From assembly GCA_965267575.1 (NCBI GenBank), contig OZ254086.1:4096001-4160000 (forward strand): DNA of 64,000 nt. Direction: 5' to 3'. Under the pieces are notes generated by a model. That model saw only the letters and a program-made list of their open reading frames with translations. It searched no databases and was not told where the DNA came from. Position numbers and translations under genes: made by a program. Source of the DNA: Calditrichales bacterium. Its GTDB lineage: Bacteria > Calditrichota > Calditrichia > Calditrichales > J004. Positions 1-7,209 of this stretch are shown piece by piece; the first letter of the stretch is position 1, and every line of letters starts with the position of its first letter.

Positions 1-41
1 GGCCGGACATTGCCAGACGCGTATTTAAACTCTTCCTGCAG

Positions 42-3000
42 ATGAAGCACAAAAACATACAATTCATTCTTATTTCGCTCTTATTATGCGCACACCTGCT
101 AGCGCAGCGCTATCCCTTTTTCCATTACGAAACGACAAGCGAAATCAAACCGGCACCGGGCGGCGGCATCCAGGACATGGCCCAGGACAGCCTCGGCAAC
201 CTGTGGATGGCCACGTACAGTGTCGGGGTATCGCGCTACAACGGCATTACCTTTATGAGTTTCGGTAAAGATGCCGGCATCTCCCCGGCCACAAGCCTGG
301 CCCTGCATATTGATCAATACCAACGAATCTGGCTCTTAACCGACTCCGGTGTTTTTTGCAGCAGGCGCCCGCTTACCGCCTACGACAATATTTCCAATCT
401 TAAATTTGCCACGCAATATAAAAACAGACGCCTGTTCCAGGGCTCGATCAGCCAGGTGGGTCAGCAGGCGTTTAAACTGCACGCCGACACCCTATGGACA
501 GGAACCACGGCCCACGGCATCGTGCGCAATTCGGTCGGTCCGGGCAAAACATCTTTTTCCGACACGCTGCAAAGCCTGACCGGCGTCAATTTTTCGGAAT
601 ACCCGGTTATCTCGCTTTTTGTAAACGAATCACTCCTCGGTGTGGGCACGGACAGCCGTTACTTTTTGTTTGAACGCCAGGGCGCGGACTTCAACCTGCT
701 CATTGACACCAACCTAGTCATAAGTACCCAGCTTCTCTGGCAGAGCACACTTTTTCTTGGCGGCGGCACCGGCAATATTTACAAATGCGACCCGGGCAAC
801 GCGCAAACACCCATCACGCTTTTCGCGGAAACAGGCAAAGATGTCATCTACGATTTGAAGAACCTGCGCGAAAACGAGCTGTGGGCGGCGGCCTTTGGCA
901 GCGGTGTTTTCGTATACGACCTTTCCGACTCACGGCGGAAATTTCACTTTTCTCAGCAAAACGGCCTGCTGGAAGACAACGCCTATCGCCTGTTGCGCAC
1001 CACCGACAACAGCATCTTTATCGGGCTCAGCGACGGCATCAGTAAGCTAAAACCCAATTTTGAGGCTTACAAAAGCTACGTCGGCCTGCCCTACGTCACC
1101 GAACCCAATGTCTGGGCGCCATTGCCCGAAGCCGAAGCGCCCAGCGGCTGGTTGTGGACCGCCAGCACCACCGGCATCAACTGCTACAACGGTGAAAGCG
1201 GCCGGCAGCTTACAACGGACGACGGCCTGATGCATAACTGGAGCTATGACGTTATTGCCGACGCCCGCGGGCGCGTCTGGATTGCCAACTACAGTGGCAT
1301 CAACGTGCTGAGCGATTACGCCAACCGGCCCACCGCCTTTGGTGAACGGACCACGAGCACTCTTAATCTCCACGGAAAATCGTTTGCGCTTTCTTCCTAC
1401 CCGCTGGGTATTACCGGCCTGCTGACAGCCCTGCCCATGCGGCAACACGCCGACTCCGCCCAAACGGTGCAATCCATCTGGGGCAACAGCTACAAATCCG
1501 TTTACGCCTATGTGGATGATAAATGGTTTTACTTCAGCCAGGCGGCGGGTTTGCCGGCCATCATCATGTATTCTTTAACGATGGATGATGCCGGGTATGT
1601 ATACGTGGCCACCGGCGGAGAGGGCCTTTTCAAATCGAAGCAGCCGGTAACCGTGGATGCCCTGAACAAGCTAAAACCGGCTGGACGCGAGGGTCGTGAA
1701 ATCATCGAGTATTTCTTTGAGCCTTTCGCGCCGGACTCGCTGTTGCAGAACAACAGGCAAAATCAGGAAGTACTCTTTTCCGACGACAGGCTGTTTATCG
1801 TCATGGAAAATATTTTGGCCGCCTATACGCCGGAGGGCGTTTTACTGTGGCAGCAAAAAATGGATGAAGAGCTTGTCAACCTGGCTGCAAATGAGGGGGA
1901 CTCCGTGTTGTGGGCGGGATGCGGCGGCGGTGTCTACAAAATTTCCAAAAGCAGCGGCGCAATCCTTAAAAAACTGAGCCATCAAACCGGGTTTATTGCC
2001 TCGGTGGCGCCGTGGCTGGAGAGCCTGCAAATCGATCCGAGCGGGATTTTGTACCACGGCACCGATGGCGGCCTGGACCTGTATGACCCGCAAAAAGATA
2101 CGCTTTCGCTCAATCCGCCCGCGCCGCAGATGGAGACTTTTTCCTACGACGAAAATATCTGGGGCAAAAACACGCTGCGCGCCGGCTTCTCCTTCCCCTG
2201 GTTTATAGATGATTACAAACCGCGGATTTTGTGCAAGCTGCAGGGGTTCGACGACGAATGGGTCGAGCTGCCCACAAACGACGTGCGCTACACCAACCTG
2301 CTGGCCGTTTTTTTTGACGAAACCTATACCCTGCAGGCGAAAATCCGTAATTACGATAATACCTTTACCACGCCGGTTCTCAGCTACTCTTTTGCGGTAA
2401 GCCCGCCGATTTATCTGCGCTGGTGGATGTTCTTCTTCTACATCGCAGCCGCCTATTTTTTCACACGCGGCGTGCTGTGGCTTAAAGACAATCTCAATGT
2501 GATCATCATGTCCGCCAAGACGAGGATTGTTTCGCACTACAAGCTGAAGCACGAGCTGGGCAAAGGCGGCATGGGCACGGTGTACCTGGCGCAGGACCTG
2601 CACGACGATGACAAGCTGGTGGCGCTGAAACTGCTGCATCCCGAGCTGTGCGACGATCTGCACCACAAAAAACGTCTGGCCAACGAAAGCCGTATTTTAA
2701 CCAGCCTGGACCATCCCAACATCGTGCCCTTTTACGAGCTGGGCGAAACGGCCGATACCATTTTCCTTGCTATGGAGTATTTTGAAGGGCGCGATCTGAA
2801 GAAATATATCCTGGAAGAGGGGCCGCTGGATAACGCGCTGGTTGTAAAGATCAGCCGCCAGGTGCTGGATGCCATGCGCTACATCCACGGGCAGGGCGTG
2901 ATTCACCGCGACCTCAAAAACAACAATATCATGATCAATGAAGCGGGACAGGTAAAGATCCTCGATTTCGGCCTGAGCAAATCAACGCTTATTACCACGA

Positions 3001-3332
3001 TGACGACGATGGGCAGCGTTCTGGGCACGCTGGGCTACATCGCCCCGGAGCAGATCACCGATTCCGATATTGACGAACGGGCCGATATTTTTTCGTTCGG
3101 CGCACTGCTCTACGAAATGCTGACCCGCCGCATGCCTTTTGAAGAGGAGAATGAAATGGCGCTGATTTTTGCCATTTTCAACAAAACCCCGGAGGACCCG
3201 CGCACATTCAACAAAAACGCCGACCCGACCCTCTGCGCCATCGCCATGAAATGCCTGGAGAAAAATAAAAACGACCGCTACCAGAACGCCGACGAGGTTT
3301 TGCAGCAGCTTGAGTATGTGCCGGAGTATTAA
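42..3332 (+). CDS. Membrane receptor Ser/Thr (Hanks-type) protein kinase with N-terminal beta-propeller (Reg_prop/Y_Y_Y-like) sensor
   Basis: Signal peptide (IQFILISLLLCAHLLA); propeller repeats (QDSLGNLWMAT, DARGRVWIAN, DDAGYVYVAT); Y_Y_Y-like KLQGFDDEW..VRYTNL; TM segment WWMFFFYIAAAYFF; kinase motifs LGKGGMGTVY, VALK, HRDLKNNN, DFG, GTLGYIAPE, DIFSFG. Confidence 0.9.
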   Translation: MKHKNIQFILISLLLCAHLLAQRYPFFHYETTSEIKPAPGGGIQDMAQDSLGNLWMATYSVGVSRYNGITFMSFGKDAGISPATSLALHIDQYQRIWLLTDSGVFCSRRPLTAYDNISNLKFATQYKNRRLFQGSISQVGQQAFKLHADTLWTGTTAHGIVRNSVGPGKTSFSDTLQSLTGVNFSEYPVISLFVNESLLGVGTDSRYFLFERQGADFNLLIDTNLVISTQLLWQSTLFLGGGTGNIYKCDPGNAQTPITLFAETGKDVIYDLKNLRENELWAAAFGSGVFVYDLSDSRRKFHFSQQNGLLEDNAYRLLRTTDNSIFIGLSDGISKLKPNFEAYKSYVGLPYVTEPNVWAPLPEAEAPSGWLWTASTTGINCYNGESGRQLTTDDGLMHNWSYDVIADARGRVWIANYSGINVLSDYANRPTAFGERTTSTLNLHGKSFALSSYPLGITGLLTALPMRQHADSAQTVQSIWGNSYKSVYAYVDDKWFYFSQAAGLPAIIMYSLTMDDAGYVYVATGGEGLFKSKQPVTVDALNKLKPAGREGREIIEYFFEPFAPDSLLQNNRQNQEVLFSDDRLFIVMENILAAYTPEGVLLWQQKMDEELVNLAANEGDSVLWAGCGGGVYKISKSSGAILKKLSHQTGFIASVAPWLESLQIDPSGILYHGTDGGLDLYDPQKDTLSLNPPAPQMETFSYDENIWGKNTLRAGFSFPWFIDDYKPRILCKLQGFDDEWVELPTNDVRYTNLLAVFFDETYTLQAKIRNYDNTFTTPVLSYSFAVSPPIYLRWWMFFFYIAAAYFFTRGVLWLKDNLNVIIMSAKTRIVSHYKLKHELGKGGMGTVYLAQDLHDDDKLVALKLLHPELCDDLHHKKRLANESRILTSLDHPNIVPFYELGETADTIFLAMEYFEGRDLKKYILEEGPLDNALVVKISRQVLDAMRYIHGQGVIHRDLKNNNIMINEAGQVKILDFGLSKSTLITTMTTMGSVLGTLGYIAPEQITDSDIDERADIFSFGALLYEMLTRRMPFEEENEMALIFAIFNKTPEDPRTFNKNADPTLCAIAMKCLEKNKNDRYQNADEVLQQLEYVPEY

Positions 3333-3353
3333 GGTGTTAAAGTGTTAGTGTGC
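3330..3353 (+). repeat. Short degenerate 8-mer tandem repeat (GTGTTAAN family)
   Basis: taaggtgttaaagtgttagtgtgc directly at the kinase stop; same unit at 7166-7209 and 9950-9996. Confidence 0.6.
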
Positions 3354-3375
3354 GAAGGAGCGTTGCGTCTCGCAC
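3350..3375. repeat. Degenerate REP-like hairpin between convergent genes
   Basis: gtgcga...ttgcgtctcgcac; outer arms gtgcga/tcgcac pair, and it carries the ttgcgtctc arm also seen at 5789-5797. Confidence 0.45.
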
Positions 3376-4517
3376 TAATTGGCATCTTGCACGGATGGAG
3401 GAGATCTCCGGCCAACCGCAATATATGCTTGCTGGTTTGAGTTTTTGCCAGCCGCTGCAACAACATCTCCTTTTACGGAAAGCGAATACCAATAGCCTGT
3501 TGCACTCATAATCTCAGGATATGCCCGCCATGTATTTCCATTATAATGCCTGATGAAGTTTTGGAAGCCTGCAATAAAAATATCATGTGGATTGTTGCCC
3601 CTAATCGCTTTGGTAAAATTAGGCAATCCGTTTTGAGAATAATCAAACCAAATATTTTCCAGGGCATAAGTATCATAATCAACAGGTGTGTGGTAAACCC
3701 TGCCGGTAGAACCGATGTAAACCGAATCCGGATTATCGGTCCAAACTGACTCAAAGACGTAAGAAATCAGGTTATGTGGATGGGGTCCAGCGGGATCATC
3801 AACGATGGCCACCGTTTCGAATTGTGTATCTCGCTTTCTAAGTAGTACGGACCCCTTCAGGTCGTCAAAGCCGCATGCCCACATCACCGAACCATCCGGG
3901 CTTCCCCAGACATCAGTTAGATCAATATCCGTCCCGCTCTCCAGCTTCGTCCACCCCTGGCCGTCGTAGTGGACGATGGTGCCTGATCCCCCCACCGCGT
4001 AAATGTTTGACTGATCCTTAGCAAATATCTTATTCATAGCGCCGGTTAATAGACTATTCATTCCACAATCAAGTGAAGCAGTGTTGCCATCGTATTTTAC
4101 AATTGCACCACCATTTGTAAATAGGATATTATTTGCTGAAAAGGCCCACAATGCTTTAATTGGAGGATATTCGACAGCACTGCATGCCCCAACAAAGGGA
4201 ATCCGTTTCAACTCCCACTCTTCCCCGTCCCAGTGCACGGCGTTGTAGGGTTTTATCAGGTTGCCCAGGCTGTCGCGGGTGTAGGTGTCTTCGGTATAGA
4301 TCTCTCCCACGGCCCAGATGTCGTTTTCATTAATAATGGCCACATCATATAAAATACTGCTGCCATTTTGCCCGCCAAACTCAAAGGTCTCCCAGCTAAA
4401 ATCATGGCTGGTGGTATCCGGCGTATTCTTCCCAGGTCCGGTTGTGTTTTCCGAACAGGATAACAATAGGGATAAAAAAAGAAGGAATGTTTTAATTAAT
4501 CTTAAGGTGTATGGCAT
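3375..4517 (-). CDS. Predicted lipoprotein with beta-propeller-like repeats, paralog A
   Basis: Start moved to the ATG at 4517 (MPYTLRLIK...), which is equivalent in all three paralogs; lipobox LLLSC; repeats DIWAVG, NIYAVG..G.IVHYDG..W, DVWGS. Function unknown. Confidence 0.8.
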   Translation of the reverse strand: MPYTLRLIKTFLLFLSLLLSCSENTTGPGKNTPDTTSHDFSWETFEFGGQNGSSILYDVAIINENDIWAVGEIYTEDTYTRDSLGNLIKPYNAVHWDGEEWELKRIPFVGACSAVEYPPIKALWAFSANNILFTNGGAIVKYDGNTASLDCGMNSLLTGAMNKIFAKDQSNIYAVGGSGTIVHYDGQGWTKLESGTDIDLTDVWGSPDGSVMWACGFDDLKGSVLLRKRDTQFETVAIVDDPAGPHPHNLISYVFESVWTDNPDSVYIGSTGRVYHTPVDYDTYALENIWFDYSQNGLPNFTKAIRGNNPHDIFIAGFQNFIRHYNGNTWRAYPEIMSATGYWYSLSVKGDVVAAAGKNSNQQAYIAVGRRSPPSVQDAN

Positions 4518-4560
4518 AGGGCATTTTATGGTTTTGAGACACAAAATTCTGCGTGTATAC
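4518..4560 (-). repeat. Conserved leader plus degenerate REP-like hairpin, copy upstream of paralog A
   Basis: agggcattttatggttttgagacacaaaattctgcgtgtatac; decayed version of 5758-5800. Confidence 0.65.
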
Positions 4561-4620
4561 ATTTTTTTGGGTTTTTTTTGTGGCGAATATTCTTATGCGC
4601 CCCAATTAACTGTTCTAGAA

Positions 4621-5757
4621 TTAATTATCATCTTGTACGAATGGAAAAAATCTTCGCCCAACCGCAATATATGCTTGTTGTTTTGAGTTTTTGCCAGCCG
4701 CTGCAACAACATCTCCTTTTACTGAAAGCGAAAACCAATAGCCTGTTGCACTCATAATCTCAGGATATGCCCGCCATGTATTTCCATTATAATGCCTGAT
4801 GAAGTTTTGGAAGCCTGCAATAAAAATATCATGTGGATTGTTGCCCCTAATCGCTTTGGTAAAATTAGGCAATCCGTTTTGAGAATAATCAAACCAAATA
4901 TTTTCCAGGGCATAAGTATCATAATCAACAGGTGTGTGGTAAACCCTGCCGGTAGAACCGATGTAAACGGAGTCCGGATTATCAGTCCAAACGGATTCAA
5001 AGACATAAGAAATCAGGTTATGGGGATGGGGTCCAGCGGGATCATCAACGATGGCCACCGTTTCGAATTGTGCATCTCGTTTTCGAAGTAGAATAGAACC
5101 CTGCAGGTCGTCAAAGCCACATGCCCATATCACCATACCGTCCGGGCTTCCCCAGACATCAGTTAGAGAAATATCCGTCCCGCTCTCCAGCTTCGTCCAC
5201 CCCTGGCCATCGTAATGGGCAATTTGACCATTTACACCAACAGCGTAAAGATTATTAGGAGAATTGCCCCACAACTTGTTCACAGATACAGGAATGCACT
5301 CAATTTCGCCTTGTTTTTCACCATCCCATCTCGTTATCTGTGATCCTGACGTGAAATACATTTCATCTGTACTAAAGGCAAAGACGGCTTTTGCGGGATA
5401 AATACCCGTGCCACTTTGATTACAAAACGTCAAAAAGTTTATTCGTTTCAGCTCCCACTCTTCCCCATCCCAGTGTACGGCGTTGTAGGGTTGTATCAGG
5501 TTGCCCAGGCTGTCGCGGGTGTACGTGTCTTCGGTGTATATCTCTCCAACGGCCCAGATGTCATTTTCGTTAATAATGGCCACATCATATAAAATACTGC
5601 TGCCATTTTGCCCGCCAAACTCAAAGGTCTCCCAGCTAAAATCATGGCTGGTGGTATCGGGCGTGTTATTGCCGGGTCCGGTTGTGTTTTCCGAGCAGGA
5701 TAACAATAGGGATAAAAAAAGAAGGAATGTTTTAATTAATCTCAAGGTGTATGGCAT
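4621..5757 (-). CDS. Predicted lipoprotein with beta-propeller-like repeats, paralog B
   Basis: ATG at 5757; lipobox LLLSC; near-identical to paralog A except for a central segment of about 70 aa. Confidence 0.8.
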   Translation of the reverse strand: MPYTLRLIKTFLLFLSLLLSCSENTTGPGNNTPDTTSHDFSWETFEFGGQNGSSILYDVAIINENDIWAVGEIYTEDTYTRDSLGNLIQPYNAVHWDGEEWELKRINFLTFCNQSGTGIYPAKAVFAFSTDEMYFTSGSQITRWDGEKQGEIECIPVSVNKLWGNSPNNLYAVGVNGQIAHYDGQGWTKLESGTDISLTDVWGSPDGMVIWACGFDDLQGSILLRKRDAQFETVAIVDDPAGPHPHNLISYVFESVWTDNPDSVYIGSTGRVYHTPVDYDTYALENIWFDYSQNGLPNFTKAIRGNNPHDIFIAGFQNFIRHYNGNTWRAYPEIMSATGYWFSLSVKGDVVAAAGKNSKQQAYIAVGRRFFPFVQDDN

Positions 5758-5800
5758 AGGGCATTTTATGGTTTTGAGACGCAAGATTTTGCGTCTCCAC
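5758..5800 (-). repeat. Conserved leader plus perfect REP-like hairpin, copy upstream of paralog B
   Basis: Minus strand reads GTGGAGACGCAA-AATC-TTGCGTCTC: 9-bp perfect stem (5776-5784/5789-5797) with GTGG at its foot. Confidence 0.75.
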
Positions 5801-5830
5801 GTTTTTTGGCGTTTAATCTCGTGGCGAATT

Positions 5831-5864
5831 ATTTGTCATCTTGGACGGATGGGAGAAATCTCCG
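5831..5864. repeat. Conserved 34-nt motif downstream of paralog C, also at the 3' ends of A (3377-3410) and B (4623-4656)
   Basis: atttgtcatcttggacggatgggagaaatctccg vs aattggcatcttgcacggatggaggagatctccg vs aattatcatcttgtacgaatggaaaaaatcttcg. Confidence 0.7.
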
Positions 5865-5954
5865 TAAGGTGTTTCTGTAACTTACCTACGTGAATGCGAT
5901 AGTAAAAATTATGGTTAGCTTTTTCATTTCATTTACATTTACTTTCTTTTATCT

Positions 5955-7055
5955 TTATTTCTCTCCTATTAAAACAATTGCTGCATCGCTGCCAGGGTTG
6001 TTGCCAACAACGAAGACACTATTTCCTTTTTGTTGAACTCCATGATAAAAGCCATCTACGTGCCTTGGGGGAAAAAATGATTTTATAGATTTCCCGTTAT
6101 AATGAAGAATGACATCACTATGGCCTACAGCAAAATAATCGTTAAACCCCAAGCCATGCATAGCCTGAATTGCGCCCTGGTCTTCATTGTGAATCAAGCG
6201 ATATGACTCTGAAAAATCCGCTCTCAAATGTTGCATAAGATTTGAATCCTCTGCGCCTGACAGAGAAACATAAATACTATCACCTAAACCCCAAACAGCT
6301 GTTGGTATGGTATGGTCCCAGTCAGGTTTATACACGTTATTATTTTCATCAAACACCGTCTGCCAGGCGCTGCCGTCATATTTAAGAATAATTCCATGTC
6401 TATCTGTTGATAGGTCATATCCGACTGTCCATACTTCCGTTTGCCCGGTTTCCTCATTTACAGTTCCCCAAATATCCTGGAAATCCATGGTTGTGCCGCT
6501 TTCCATTTTTGTCCAGCTATTTCCATCATAACGCATGATCAGGCCGTCATTTCCAACACCATAGATCTCGTTCTCTGCCACTGCCCAAAGATGGTATATC
6601 CCACCTTTTTCGGGTCGGTGAACCAATCTGGTTGTGCGTCCATCAAAATGGAATAAGCTATATGATGCAAACCATATATCGTTTTCGGAAAAATGCCAGA
6701 TTGCGCGGATAGTACTTAAGACATCATTTCCTGGTTGATACGTAAAGCGCTTTAATTTCCATTCTTCACCGTTCCATTGTGCCGCGCTATATGGCGCTAC
6801 AAAATTCCCGCTGCTGTCCTTTTCATCCACGTAAATTTGGCCAACAGCCCACACGTTCGTATCCGACACCGCGAAAATATCCCAAAAATAGTTCTGCCGG
6901 AATTGTTCGGTGGGAAACTCGTAAAACTCCCAGGTAAAGGCATGGCTGGTGGTGTCGGGCATATCCTTCCCGGGCCCGGTTGTGTTTTCCGAGCAGGATA
7001 AAAAGAGGAAAGAAAAAAGAAGGAAGGTATTAATTAATCTTAAGGGGTGTGGCAT
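5955..7055 (-). CDS. Predicted lipoprotein with beta-propeller-like repeats, paralog C (divergent)
   Basis: ATG at 7055 (MPHPLRLIN...); lipobox LFLSC; shares SENTTGPG..PDTTSH.F.WE with A/B, then diverges while keeping WAVG / YDG..W repeats. Confidence 0.8.
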   Translation of the reverse strand: MPHPLRLINTFLLFSFLFLSCSENTTGPGKDMPDTTSHAFTWEFYEFPTEQFRQNYFWDIFAVSDTNVWAVGQIYVDEKDSSGNFVAPYSAAQWNGEEWKLKRFTYQPGNDVLSTIRAIWHFSENDIWFASYSLFHFDGRTTRLVHRPEKGGIYHLWAVAENEIYGVGNDGLIMRYDGNSWTKMESGTTMDFQDIWGTVNEETGQTEVWTVGYDLSTDRHGIILKYDGSAWQTVFDENNNVYKPDWDHTIPTAVWGLGDSIYVSLSGAEDSNLMQHLRADFSESYRLIHNEDQGAIQAMHGLGFNDYFAVGHSDVILHYNGKSIKSFFPPRHVDGFYHGVQQKGNSVFVVGNNPGSDAAIVLIGEK

Positions 7056-7098
7056 AGGGCATTTTATGGTTTTGAGACGCAAGATTTTGCCTCTCCAC
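7056..7098 (-). repeat. Conserved leader plus REP-like hairpin, copy upstream of paralog C
   Basis: agggcattttatggttttgagacgcaagattttgcctctccac; one mismatch to the 5758-5800 copy. Confidence 0.75.
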
Positions 7099-7106
7099 GT
7101 TATTCG

Positions 7107-7142
7107 GATCAAGATCAAGATCAAGAGCATGATCAGGATTAC
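7107..7142 (+). repeat. Hexamer tandem repeat (GATCAA x3, GAGCAT, GATCAG, GATTAC)
   Basis: Read directly from the sequence. Confidence 0.7.
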
Positions 7143-7165
7143 ATGAACACTAGAACACGTATTCG

Positions 7166-7209
7166 GCACATTAACACTCTAACACCTTAACACATTAGCA
7201 CACTCACAC
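7166..7209 (-). repeat. 8-mer tandem repeat directly after the polA stop
   Basis: Minus strand: gtgtgagt gtgctaat gtgttaag gtgttaga gtgttaat gtgc. Confidence 0.75.

Noticed and set aside
1..45. Open frame ending in TGA overlapping the kinase ATG (ATGA)
   Set aside because: Only 14 codons are visible; it may be the tail of an upstream gene but cannot be supported.
3375..5784. Diversity-generating retroelement (TR/VR pair) in paralogs A/B
   Set aside because: Differences are not restricted to adenines on one strand, both copies are full genes, and no reverse transcriptase is present.
3350..7100. Integron with attC sites or a CRISPR array
   Set aside because: No convincing RYYYAAC...GTTRRRY boxes around the hairpins, no integrase or cas genes, and spacing is gene-sized.
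4518..7169. Longer N-termini of the three lipoproteins given in the ORF track (starts 4562, 5784, 7169)
   Set aside because: The extensions translate the hairpin and microsatellite; the shared ATG gives a normal-length lipoprotein signal peptide.
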